A stretch of DNA of 52,124 bases, taken from a virus. Taxonomy: Duplodnaviria; Caudoviricetes. The stretch spans positions 1 through 52,124 of IMG/VR virus record IMGVR_UViG_3300036791_000069, one strand, 5' to 3'. Shown piece after piece: positions 36,997 through 46,007 of this stretch. Below the pieces are notes generated by a model. It was not told the origin of the DNA and searched no databases. It saw only the letters and a program-made list of their open reading frames with translations. Position numbers and translations under genes: made by a program. Position 1 is the first letter of the stretch. Each line of letters starts with the position of its first letter.

Positions 36997-37185
36997 ATGA
37001 CCGTTGCAGAATTGCAAAAACTTGTGGAAGAGATTGGTGTGAAAGTAAACACTCTCGCCACTCTTCAACTCACCATTGCTACAACTGTTAATGAGGGATT
37101 ACGCACATTGCTTGCTAGCTCTAATGCGTTGCTTGTAATCGCGCAGTCTCACGAGAACAGAATTGAAAGATTGGAAGGAAAATGA
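36997..37185 (+). CDS. Small coiled-coil protein
   Basis: ATG at 36997 after AAGGGA; ends 'SHENRIERLEGK'. Confidence 0.6.
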   Translation: MTVAELQKLVEEIGVKVNTLATLQLTIATTVNEGLRTLLASSNALLVIAQSHENRIERLEGK

Positions 37186-37436
37186 TTCTCTTTCTCGTAG
37201 TGTACTTTCTGCCTACCATCGTTGCGATTGTTCGCAATCATAATGTAGGTATTGTGATGCTGGTTAACTTGTTCTTGGGTTGGACTGGTATTGGATGGTT
37301 TGTCGCGTTTGGGATGTGTATGGGTGCGGACAGATCGAAGCCGGTGTATGTGGTTAACGTTGTTCACACCGCTGATCACACACCGTTGAAGCGCAGTGAC
37401 TTTACCGGCGCACGCAATTTGATTCCGAGAGGTTGA
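37182..37436 (+). CDS. imm: Superinfection immunity protein (T4 Imm family)
   Basis: 'YFLPTIVA..R.H...NLFLGWT.IGW.VA'. Confidence 0.88.
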   Translation: MILFLVVYFLPTIVAIVRNHNVGIVMLVNLFLGWTGIGWFVAFGMCMGADRSKPVYVVNVVHTADHTPLKRSDFTGARNLIPRG

Positions 37437-37548
37437 GATACGGTCTGCCACAGAGAGGAAAACGAGTGCTCAGTAGCGACAACATGCGGAGAATGATCGT
37501 ATAGAAGGGTTCGGGTGATTCCGGACCCTTCGCCTATTTGGAGGAAAA

Positions 37549-37800
37549 ATGCAAATCAATGACTCGTTCACGATTGAAATGGGTGGGCGGCGGTTCTTCG
37601 CCATTTGCTTTTTAATGTCTACCAACGAAGAGTATCTTGTTTTGCATTGCCATTCGCCATTGTCTGTGCAGGGTCCATTTACTTCAATTCAGTATTTGTG
37701 TTTGCAACAAGATGAAACGTCTGGATTGTACAAAGAAACGATTACCGGTATTGAAGTGCAAATACTGCTTGACGTAGTTCATAACGTCTGGTACAATTGA
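37549..37800 (+). CDS. Hypothetical protein
   Basis: GGAGG RBS; 83 aa. Confidence 0.5.
   Translation: MQINDSFTIEMGGRRFFAICFLMSTNEEYLVLHCHSPLSVQGPFTSIQYLCLQQDETSGLYKETITGIEVQILLDVVHNVWYN
37769..37797 (+). promoter_or_regulatory. Sigma70-type promoter
   Basis: TTGACG-17 nt-TACAAT. Confidence 0.6.
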
Positions 37801-37829
37801 TCGGATTCCAGAAACAGAAAGGTACTTAA

Positions 37830-37982
37830 ATGCCGAATATTCAACTGACCATTTTGATCGTTGTAATTTTCGGTTTCCAGTGGGTAAGTTTGTTGTACTT
37901 GTCCACTCACATTGATCGTTTGGTCGATGAAGTCAAAGCGTTGGGTTTGAAGCTAGATCGCTTAACAAAGGGGGAAGGGTGA
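37830..37982 (+). CDS. 50-aa TM plus coiled-coil protein (not in the ORF track)
   Basis: MPNIQLTILIVVIFGFQWVSLLYLSTHIDRLVDEVKALGLKLDRLTKGEG; GTGA overlap with next gene. Confidence 0.6.
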   Translation: MPNIQLTILIVVIFGFQWVSLLYLSTHIDRLVDEVKALGLKLDRLTKGEG

Positions 37983-38182
37983 CAACAACAGAACTTTTTC
38001 AAATTGCAGGACTCATGGCGGTACAGACAGGGGCCATTCTTACGGTATTGATTTTGTATATCAATGCCAAGATTGATCCTGTAAAAGAGCAAGTTGACTT
38101 GCTCGTTCAGTACATGATCAGTCATGAAGGCAAGATTGCCATTCTGGAAGAGAGAACAGGTGGACCGGCAAAGAAGCAATAG
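37979..38182 (+). CDS. TM plus coiled-coil small protein, paralogue of 29394-29630
   Basis: 'GLMAVQTGAIL'...'HEGKIAILEER'. Confidence 0.65.
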   Translation: MTTTELFQIAGLMAVQTGAILTVLILYINAKIDPVKEQVDLLVQYMISHEGKIAILEERTGGPAKKQ

Positions 38183-38194
38183 GCAACATAAGCG

Positions 38195-38227
38195 ACGGGA
38201 GAGTGTTCAACTCTCCCGTTTTTATTT
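38195..38227 (+). terminator. Intrinsic terminator
   Basis: ACGGGAGAG...CTCTCCCGT followed by a T-run. Confidence 0.7.
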
Positions 38228-38265
38228 AGATGTTAGAAAACTAAATTAAAGATGGAGTGTAGATT

Positions 38266-39036
38266 ATGGTACTTGATATTGAATTAAGGCGTGGTAAGGC
38301 AAGTCAACCAACCGGGTTGATTACGCTTGAACCCCAGATACAACGTGACGTTGTTAACTGGAATGGGAACACCAGTCCGGATGTTAACGATCCACCTTCA
38401 GACTACTTTGAAGGCATGGCAGGACCAAACGGCACGTTTGTAGTGACAAACGCTGCATACGAACCTAAAAAGTTTGCTGGTGGTTTGGTCTCGCACAAGA
38501 AACTTCCGCCAAGAGATGCCAGCGGCAAACTGTACCAAAACATCGCAATGAGAATTGGATTCATGTGGTCCAAGTACGTTGACCGGCAAATTGCACGTTT
38601 GGAATTGGACTTGAAAGTATGCTTCAAAACCAGACCGAATTCTCAAACAAAAATTCGCAATGTAGCGAATTTCAGTACGCAGTGGAATAGGGATACACAA
38701 CAGTGGCAGATTGATGAAGACCCGCCGAAGTGGATTAATTCTGGATACAAGGTCACAGATGCGATGATGCAACCGGACATTCCTCATGTGGTTGATTTTC
38801 GCTTTTGGTACGACCCGGAAGCGGCAATCTTCAGCGTGACAAGCATCGATTTAGACGATAATCCCTACAGTGTTTCCGAAGACTTGCAGCGAGTGGCCGC
38901 GCAGAACACCAACTGGGAAGAGGTTCGGTCTGTGCAGCTACAGACGGAGATTTACGAACCGGGTTCGGCACCAGTGATCTTTTTTCTTGTTCAACTGGGT
39001 TGGAGTCATGATCCCATCCCAATAGGCGCATGGTAG
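38266..39036 (+). CDS. Hypothetical beta-rich protein (256 aa)
   Basis: GGAG RBS; Trp-rich; bounded by terminators. Confidence 0.6.
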   Translation: MVLDIELRRGKASQPTGLITLEPQIQRDVVNWNGNTSPDVNDPPSDYFEGMAGPNGTFVVTNAAYEPKKFAGGLVSHKKLPPRDASGKLYQNIAMRIGFMWSKYVDRQIARLELDLKVCFKTRPNSQTKIRNVANFSTQWNRDTQQWQIDEDPPKWINSGYKVTDAMMQPDIPHVVDFRFWYDPEAAIFSVTSIDLDDNPYSVSEDLQRVAAQNTNWEEVRSVQLQTEIYEPGSAPVIFFLVQLGWSHDPIPIGAW

Positions 39037-39103
39037 AACGCGCTAGGACGCCTGTAGAGACGCTTGTAGGCATTCGGGCAGGGGTAGGGTACCCCAAATC
39101 TGG

Positions 39104-39142
39104 CAAAGGCAGGGGATGCTATCCCTTGCCTTTGTTTGTTTT
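39104..39142 (+). terminator. Intrinsic terminator
   Basis: CAAAGGCAGGGGAT...ATCCCTTGCCTTTG followed by TTTGTTTT. Confidence 0.65.
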
Positions 39143-39219
39143 AACTTGACAAAGGGTGCACGATAGTAATATTCGGGTTATCTAAGGGGTTAACTTTCAG
39201 AAAGGGTTGTGAAACTTAA

Positions 39220-39801
39220 TTGAAACGAGGATCAAAACATGGCATTGGCGATGAAGGTATTGAAACCAAACTTGTAGAATTCTTCGGAGGAATCAAAGAA
39301 AGAGTCATCCTCTTCAGCGCCGAAACTGGCATTAGTGCCGGTTGGGTTGCCGAGAGGATATCAGAGCTACTTTCGCCGTCGCGGGAGAGGGTTTTACATC
39401 AACTGTCCATCATGCGGGTTGCATCCACCAGAGATGGTGGAACCGTGGAACCGTTGGCGTTGGCTGTCGATGCACATCAGCGCGAAACACAATCTTCAAC
39501 TGTCGGAACCACCGGCAAAGCTGCAACCAACAAAACTATAAAACGCAGGGGCAATCCGTGGGACGGGATGACACCAGAACAAAAGTCTAAAGAAATGAAA
39601 CGTCGGCGTAAGGTTGCCAAGCGTAATAAAAAATTAAAGGCTGCTGGAAAGCCGATTAAACCTCTCAAAAAAAGTCCGGAGACTTTGGCAAAACAGAATA
39701 TTTATGTTGCTAGATCGAACGCTAAAAAAGCTAGAGCATTGGCGCAAGCGTTGGGTAAACCGCTGCCGCCGATGCCACCGTTGCCGGGGCGGGAGGTGTA
39801 G
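39220..39801 (+). CDS. Basic putative DNA-binding protein
   Basis: Lys/Arg-rich C-terminal half, 'WDGMTPEQKSKEMKRRRK'. Confidence 0.5.
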   Translation: MKRGSKHGIGDEGIETKLVEFFGGIKERVILFSAETGISAGWVAERISELLSPSRERVLHQLSIMRVASTRDGGTVEPLALAVDAHQRETQSSTVGTTGKAATNKTIKRRGNPWDGMTPEQKSKEMKRRRKVAKRNKKLKAAGKPIKPLKKSPETLAKQNIYVARSNAKKARALAQALGKPLPPMPPLPGREV

Positions 39802-40196
39802 AAACAGACCTTGTTTTTTGCGTGAAATTTGTCACATATCGGTGTCGAAAACGACCCTTTTACGTGAATTTTGACGTTAGGCCAGTGACAGGATTTGAGG
39901 TTCAATGCGACTCGTAAGTGTTCCAATGATAGGACTTCTGGGACAACCTGAAACAAGGTGGAACATATTGATTACAAAGGGGTTACATGATGGGGCATCA
40001 GAGTTTGTCTAGCGTGTTAGTGCATTGTAATCAATAACTTGCAAGATTGAAGTTTTCCGTTTTTGTGAATTTTGCGTGAGGTAAATTTTACAGCATGGTT
40101 CTCTATTGACTTTCAATGACAGGTGGTGCGCAAATGAATCAATCCGTTTCAAGCTTTGGGCGGAAAAATAAAATAGAGAGGTTTGGTGAAATTGCA

Positions 40197-40388
40197 ATGG
40201 TGCAACCACTTGTTGTTGGAGTGCCGGAAGCAGCCGTCTTATTGAACGTCAGCGAAGCAACAGTTTGGCGTCTGATCGCTGGACGGCATATTGAAACAAC
40301 TATGGTCGGGCAAAGTCGAAAGATTCGCGTAAAGGAAATTGAGCGGTATCTGGACGACAATACCGTTCCTATAAGAAATGCTAGTTAA
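40197..40388 (+). CDS. Excisionase-like HTH protein
   Basis: 'VPEAAVLLNVSEATVWRLI...G.SRKI...EIERYL'; GAGG upstream. Confidence 0.8.
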   Translation: MVQPLVVGVPEAAVLLNVSEATVWRLIAGRHIETTMVGQSRKIRVKEIERYLDDNTVPIRNAS

Positions 40389-40425
40389 CTGCTAGTGAAC
40401 TGCTAGCTGATTGGAGTAGGAATGG

Positions 40426-40536
40426 ATGATCTTTCTAAAACTGTTCCTAGTGGTAATGGTGCTAGTGGATGTGGGGTTCTTTGTCGCATTCGCTGTTTTG
40501 TTCCGAAGTGAGCGAAAGACTCGCCGAGAATTGTGA
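40426..40536 (+). CDS. 36-aa single-TM peptide
   Basis: GGAG/AGGA RBS; MIFLKLFLVVMVLVDVGFFVAFAVLFRSERKTRREL. Confidence 0.4.
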   Translation: MIFLKLFLVVMVLVDVGFFVAFAVLFRSERKTRREL

Positions 40537-40677
40537 AATCTTGCTTGACAGTTAAAGGCGGATTGGATTACTCTTTCTCGATAAATTAGATTAAAAATAG
40601 ATTACTTTGGTGTACGTTTGGTTCCCTACATGCACGTCTCGATTTCCTATTGAGTTTTCGGACAAGGGAGAAACTTT

Positions 40678-40878
40678 ATGTGTCAATGGAGTGTTGTAGA
40701 CGCGTGCTCGCGTGTGGTTATTCACTCGCGTGAAGATGGTGCACCGGTTGCTGTTTGTCATAGCACTGAGATTGCACAACATATCGTTGAAGTTCATAAC
40801 GAGTGGGATAAACAAGCACAGAAACGGAAGGAGGAATTGAAAGAACAGGAGAAGTTGAAACACATTGAATGGACGTAG
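40678..40878 (+). CDS. Hypothetical protein
   Basis: AAGGGAG RBS; 'A.HIV.VHN'. Confidence 0.55.
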   Translation: MCQWSVVDACSRVVIHSREDGAPVAVCHSTEIAQHIVEVHNEWDKQAQKRKEELKEQEKLKHIEWT

Positions 40879-40894
40879 CTTTTAGGAGTCTGTT

Positions 40895-41122
40895 TTGACA
40901 ACCACGAATCATAAGCAAAAAGAAAATGAGTGCGATTACCACTACTTGGAGAGGCTAAAAGAGATAGCGAGAATCGCAGGATTGTTAATCACTTTTCGAC
41001 ACAAGAGGACTGGCACACATCGTCACATTAAGGGAATTGACGTGCATATGAATGGTGATACATTGGCGCATTTTGAAGACATGCCCACCGAATGTAACTG
41101 CGAAGCAATTAAAAAGAAATGA
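40895..41122 (+). CDS. Hypothetical protein
   Basis: AGGAG RBS; ATGA overlap with the VRR-NUC gene. Confidence 0.45.
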   Translation: MTTTNHKQKENECDYHYLERLKEIARIAGLLITFRHKRTGTHRHIKGIDVHMNGDTLAHFEDMPTECNCEAIKKK

Positions 41123-41577
41123 CCACTTCCCCAAATTTGCGAGTTGGACCAACACCGGAGCAGTTAGCTGCTTCCGGGTCCGAAGCTGCCCACCAAACCG
41201 CTCTGTTTGCGTGGGCAGCACTTTCTTGCTATCGTTGGCCGGAACTGGCGTGGATGTTTGCCATTCCTAACGGTGGCACCCGGAACAAGGTTGAAGCGGG
41301 GTTCATGAAAGCCGCTGGTGTTCGTGCTGGTGTTCCTGATATATTGCTTCCGGTTGCCCGGTGGGGCAAGCATGGACTTTGGATTGAATTAAAAGTAGGG
41401 AACAATAAGCCGCGTAAGAATCAGAACGAATGGATGCAAATGCTAAAGCATCTTGGATACGCTGTTGTCGTTGCGTATTCGTGGACACAAGCGAAAGATT
41501 ATATTATTCAATATTTAGATGGTGACTTAAATGAAAATAGTTCCGATGGTGGATCACGGGGTTCCCCTGTTTGCTAA
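41119..41577 (+). CDS. VRR-NUC domain nuclease (resolvase-like)
   Basis: 'FAIPNGG.R', 'GVRAGVPD', 'IELK', 'Q.EW...L...GY'. Confidence 0.88.
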   Translation: MTTSPNLRVGPTPEQLAASGSEAAHQTALFAWAALSCYRWPELAWMFAIPNGGTRNKVEAGFMKAAGVRAGVPDILLPVARWGKHGLWIELKVGNNKPRKNQNEWMQMLKHLGYAVVVAYSWTQAKDYIIQYLDGDLNENSSDGGSRGSPVC

Positions 41578-41815
41578 AGGAATGGTTGTTACTCACCACA
41601 TCTGTTCGCGGGAATCAATAGAGCATTTATCCAGCATCGTAATACGCAAATTCAAATCGTCTTGTGGAAACACGCTTGAGGTTCATGTAACAAGGCGTTC
41701 AGGATATATTCGCTCAATTAAGCCGTTGTTTACTTGTCAAGAGCGTTGTTTGGTTTGCCGGGAGAAAATTGAAATGATACGCGATTTAATAGCGAAAGAA
41801 CACGAACGTTCTTGA
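41531..41815 (+). CDS. Hypothetical protein
   Basis: 94-aa ORF in an operon position. Confidence 0.35.
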   Translation: MKIVPMVDHGVPLFAKGMVVTHHICSRESIEHLSSIVIRKFKSSCGNTLEVHVTRRSGYIRSIKPLFTCQERCLVCREKIEMIRDLIAKEHERS

Positions 41816-41840
41816 CAACTGTCCTGTATTGGACTATCGT
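41812..41840 (+). promoter_or_regulatory. Sigma70-type promoter
   Basis: TTGACA-17 nt-TATCGT. Confidence 0.55.
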
Positions 41841-41878
41841 TTGCCATGCGGGGGATTCCCCACTATGGAGCGAAAGCG

Positions 41879-42553
41879 ATGGCGACAATGACTATAGAAT
41901 TAAACAAGTCTCAGAAGAAACTTTTCAAAGACATTGAAAAGGCAACCAATAGTGCCGCTGGCTACATGCTGGTGGATCGTACACCGGATTTGGAAGTGTT
42001 GTACGAAGCAGGACAAATCACGGTTTCCAAAGATTTCGTTGAAGGTACCAACCAGTACGGCGCGAAAGTCAAAAGCGCAGATGATGCGGAGGAACCTCCA
42101 ATGACTCCAACAACGGACCAACAGCCGAATTCGACAACTGGCGTGTTTTCTACGGCGGCAAAGAAGAAAGGACCGAAACCTCCTGAAACTGCTTGGGCAT
42201 TGGGTGTCAATATCACTGCTGGAACTGGCGTACCAATCCAACAGGCGAAACGGGGTGGAAAGAAAGAGGAAATCTATCCATTTTCAAAGATGGAGATTGG
42301 CGATTCTTTCCTGATTCCGGCAACGGAGGATTGGCCGGAACCGTGGTTGTCGTTTGCTAGCACTGTTTCGAGTGCAACGCGCCGCTACACGGAGAAGTCG
42401 CCAACAGAGACCATCAAGAACCGGAATGGTCAGATCGTACCCAAGCCGGTGTACGTGCGTAAGTTCGCACTGCGCCGGGTCACGAAGGGTGATAAGTACG
42501 CCAATGGCTATGTGGAACCGCAGACTGGTGCGCGTGTTCAGCGCATTATCTGA
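41879..42553 (+). CDS. Conserved phage protein, putative DNA-binding
   Basis: GGAG RBS before ATG 41879; 'YPFSKMEIGDSFLIP', 'GARVQRI'. Confidence 0.6.
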   Translation: MATMTIELNKSQKKLFKDIEKATNSAAGYMLVDRTPDLEVLYEAGQITVSKDFVEGTNQYGAKVKSADDAEEPPMTPTTDQQPNSTTGVFSTAAKKKGPKPPETAWALGVNITAGTGVPIQQAKRGGKKEEIYPFSKMEIGDSFLIPATEDWPEPWLSFASTVSSATRRYTEKSPTETIKNRNGQIVPKPVYVRKFALRRVTKGDKYANGYVEPQTGARVQRII

Positions 42554-42573
42554 AGCTTGGCAAAGCACTCTAC

Positions 42574-42616
42574 AAAGGGAACCCCTGATGGATAACCATC
42601 GGGGGTTTTCCTTTTT
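42574..42616 (+). terminator. Long hairpin terminator
   Basis: AAAGGGAACCCCTGATGG...CCATCGGGGGTTTTCCTTT plus T-run. Confidence 0.7.
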
Positions 42617-42786
42617 GCTTCCGAAAAAATCCCCGATGGAATACGCGATGAAGATTCCACCGGGGTGAACATTTCACTGCCTTTCGATTGATTAGGCGGG
42701 GGCGGCATTGAGGTGGGAGTTACGGGGAGAATAGGCCGCACCGTCACTATAACACGGTTTCCGAAAATTTAATTGAGTGCTAAGGT

Positions 42787-43209
42787 GTGGGGATGGATGA
42801 CTCTGAGCACGAATACAAAATGCGTTTTGCAACGTCGTTGCAAAGAGTCCCTAGAGAGCAACGATTAACGAAGGCGTCTGTTGTTGCGAAACAGTTGTTA
42901 GGTAAAGACGCTGTAAAGTTCACGAATTATGTGCTTAAAATTGCCGATGAATGGCCGCATGATCCTGTTGTCATTGCGGAGATTGATAGATTAGATTTAA
43001 TTCCACTTACCAGAGAACAAGTTTTAAGACAGGTGCTTGATTTAGCAATCGCTACATTTGATTCAAGCACTGATAAGCGGCAAGCTTGGAAGTTGTATTC
43101 CGAAATTGCTGGTTACGTCGGAACTACAAAGGAACCAACTTCTAACAACGAGTTGTTGACTCACCTACAAGCGTTACATAGTGCAGTGACTAATCCTGTC
43201 GATACATAA
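42787..43209 (+). CDS. terS: Probable terminase small subunit
   Basis: Directly before terL; helical; 'WPHDPVVIAE', 'KLYSEIAGY'. Confidence 0.55.
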   Translation: MGMDDSEHEYKMRFATSLQRVPREQRLTKASVVAKQLLGKDAVKFTNYVLKIADEWPHDPVVIAEIDRLDLIPLTREQVLRQVLDLAIATFDSSTDKRQAWKLYSEIAGYVGTTKEPTSNNELLTHLQALHSAVTNPVDT

Positions 43210-44475
43210 ATGGAAATTAAACCGTTTAGTGCGAAAGCGGCAGCGTTTTCAAATCGTGATCCTATATTAGATCGTTTCATCACGATCCTTGAGGGTAGCA
43301 TTCGTTCCGGCAAGACTTGGGCAATGATACCCAAAATACTTTTTATGTTGTGTCCGTATCCGGTTACTGGTGAGAAGATCATTTTCGGTGTAACGAAGGA
43401 AACAATCTATAACAACGTTCTCAATGATCTTTTTAATTTCGTCGGACCACGCGCATACAGCTACAACCGGCAGACGGGGCAAATGTGGCTGTCTGGTACC
43501 AAATGGCGTGTGATTGGTGCGAAGGATGAAGGATCAGAAAAGTACATTCGTGGTGCAACAGTGGGTCTCGCATATGGTGACGAATTGGTGTTGATTCCCA
43601 AATCGTTCGTTGAAATGATGCTAGGGCGCATGTCGCCGGAAGGTGCTCGATTCTACGGCACGACAAACCCTGATACACCGTACCATTGGTTATATAAGGA
43701 TTACATTACAAGTGAACTGAAGCATCAGGCAAAGTTGATTGAAGTAATCAAGTTCACACTCAGAGACAACACTAGTTTATCAGCGGAAACCCGGCTACGA
43801 TATGAGACGCAATTCAAAGGTGTTTTTAAGCAACGCATGATCGAAGGTCAATGGGTTGTTGCCGAAGGTGCCATTTATCGAGATTGTTATCTTCCAGAGT
43901 TGATTGATTACGACGATGACACACGTCCGATTTCGTTGAGTGGTTCCGGTGGCTTCGTTGAACAATGCATTCCTATTGACTACGGAACGACGAATCCAAT
44001 GGTGTTTTTGCACATCATCGATGACGGTTCTATTTACTGGGTTGATGACGAATATTATTGGGACTCGAAAGCAGAACTTCGGCAAAAGACAGATGGACAG
44101 TATGCGACGGACCTTATAGAGTGGCGCGATAAGCGGTCTCCTGCCGGGGCGCAAGTCATCATTGATCCATCGGCGGCATCCTTTAAGGCGGAAATGGCAT
44201 TGCGCGGCATCTGGCATACTGATGCCGATAATGATGTTGAGAATGGAATTAGAAAGACGGCATCGCTGCTAGCGCAACAAAAGATCAGGATTCACAAGCG
44301 TTGCAAGATGCTTAGATTAGAAATGCAAACATACGCATGGGATGACAAATCGGAAACGAAGGGTTTGGACATTCCGTTGAAAGTTCACGATCACGGACCG
44401 GATGCATTGAGGTACTTCGTGAACACGAAGGTTCCTAATTGGCGCATCACCATACCTTTAGATAAAGCTGCTTAA
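43210..44475 (+). CDS. terL: Terminase large subunit (PBSX-like)
   Basis: 'EGSIRSGKT', 'YGDE', 'TTNPD', 'DYGTTNP', 'DPSAASF', 'DHGPDALRY'. Confidence 0.95.
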   Translation: MEIKPFSAKAAAFSNRDPILDRFITILEGSIRSGKTWAMIPKILFMLCPYPVTGEKIIFGVTKETIYNNVLNDLFNFVGPRAYSYNRQTGQMWLSGTKWRVIGAKDEGSEKYIRGATVGLAYGDELVLIPKSFVEMMLGRMSPEGARFYGTTNPDTPYHWLYKDYITSELKHQAKLIEVIKFTLRDNTSLSAETRLRYETQFKGVFKQRMIEGQWVVAEGAIYRDCYLPELIDYDDDTRPISLSGSGGFVEQCIPIDYGTTNPMVFLHIIDDGSIYWVDDEYYWDSKAELRQKTDGQYATDLIEWRDKRSPAGAQVIIDPSAASFKAEMALRGIWHTDADNDVENGIRKTASLLAQQKIRIHKRCKMLRLEMQTYAWDDKSETKGLDIPLKVHDHGPDALRYFVNTKVPNWRITIPLDKAA

Positions 44476-44477
44476 AT

Positions 44478-46007
44478 ATGGGACGTGTAAGATACAAAAC
44501 GTTTGCCGATAACGCACTAAGGCGCAATCCAATTCCGATTAATTCTGGTAAGGATGCTGTTGCTAATGATGCATTCAGCAATCCGATTGCTAGGATGGGG
44601 TTTGATACTCCATCGGTTGCTGAGAGCGTTGATTACACACTGGTGCGGTGGTCTCTCAACTATTGGTTGATGATTACGTTGTTTCGCAACCATTGGATTG
44701 CGCGTAAGGGTGTTGAGATACCGGCAGCAGACGCTTGCAAGGCATGGCCGCGATTGAAGTGCAGTTTGACACCGGATGAAATTAAACAGTTTGATCGGAC
44801 GCTTAGGCGTCTGTTGGTGCCAAGTAAGATCAAGAGAGCGGTAACGTGGGCGCGGCTGTTTGGCGGTGCCGGTGCACTGATGGTAATCAAGGGGCATGAA
44901 GATCGCTTGGATGAACCGTTGGAACTGGACAATGTAAACCCCGGTACATTTCAAGGTTTGATTGTCTTTGATCGTTGGTCCGGTATCTCTCCGAAGCCGG
45001 GAATCTCAACTAACATTCGTGATCCACGCACGTTTGGCACTCCGGAGTATTACACCGTTTATGGCCGCGAATCGAATCAGGTATTGTTTGATGTTCATTC
45101 CTCTCGCATTCTGCGTTTTAGTGGTCCTGAAGTCCCATCACCGGAGTATGAAGCTTCGTCTTATTGGGGAATCTCAGTTCTGGAATTGGCCTTTGAGGAA
45201 CTACGAAAGCGAGACAACGCAAGCTGGAATATTCTTCAATTGATGTTTCGAGCGCAGATACTTACACAAGTAAATCCTGATCTTGCTTCCATCGTATCTG
45301 GACTTGGCGCGAGTCAACAGGCGGCACAGAAGTATTACCAGATCATGGAAAGCCAGAATCAATTATTGTCCAATCAATCGATGCTTATTCTGCCGAAGGA
45401 TGGAAAGCTTGAATCTCACCAGTATACGTTTGGTGGCATATCGGAAGTGTTGGACCGCTTTGAGGTATCAACGTCCGGTGCTTTTGAAATTCCTTATAGT
45501 AAGATGTTTGGTCGCAATGTCTCCGCGTTGGGACAAGTCAATGAGTCTGATGAACGAAACTACGAAGAGAAGATAGCACAATATCAAGACGATCAGATGA
45601 AACCACAACTTGACGTGTTGTATCCAGTTGTATGTATGTCTGAATTCGGGGAAGTTCCGGACGATCTTGATTTTGTGTTTCCTTCGATTCGTGTTTTGTC
45701 GGAGAAGGAAAAGGCAGAACTTGCGGAAGTGGGTTCTACGGCGATTATCAAGCCGTTTACTGCTGGTGTGATTTCACAACGTACTACGGTTATGGAGTTG
45801 AAACAGCTTGGCGATAAGACGGAAATTTACACAAACATTAGTGCTGAAGATGTTGAACAGGCGAATCCGGAAATTGGCATTCCGCTTGAAATTGAAACGA
45901 TGGCTGCAAGATCGGGTTTGATTCTTAATCCTGATACTGGTGAATTTGAACAACAGCAAGAACCTGAATCTAATGATCCGAATGCCAAGCAACGGGGAAA
46001 TAAGTAA
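44478..46007 (+). CDS. Portal protein (DUF1073-like)
   Basis: Follows terL; 'WARLFGGA', 'VHSSRILRF', 'IPYSKMFG'. Confidence 0.88.
   Translation: MGRVRYKTFADNALRRNPIPINSGKDAVANDAFSNPIARMGFDTPSVAESVDYTLVRWSLNYWLMITLFRNHWIARKGVEIPAADACKAWPRLKCSLTPDEIKQFDRTLRRLLVPSKIKRAVTWARLFGGAGALMVIKGHEDRLDEPLELDNVNPGTFQGLIVFDRWSGISPKPGISTNIRDPRTFGTPEYYTVYGRESNQVLFDVHSSRILRFSGPEVPSPEYEASSYWGISVLELAFEELRKRDNASWNILQLMFRAQILTQVNPDLASIVSGLGASQQAAQKYYQIMESQNQLLSNQSMLILPKDGKLESHQYTFGGISEVLDRFEVSTSGAFEIPYSKMFGRNVSALGQVNESDERNYEEKIAQYQDDQMKPQLDVLYPVVCMSEFGEVPDDLDFVFPSIRVLSEKEKAELAEVGSTAIIKPFTAGVISQRTTVMELKQLGDKTEIYTNISAEDVEQANPEIGIPLEIETMAARSGLILNPDTGEFEQQQEPESNDPNAKQRGNK

Noticed and set aside
44478-46007. Anti-CBASS Acb1 label sometimes attached to DUF1073 proteins
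   Set aside because: Position and size are those of a portal, and I see no paired HxT phosphodiesterase motifs.
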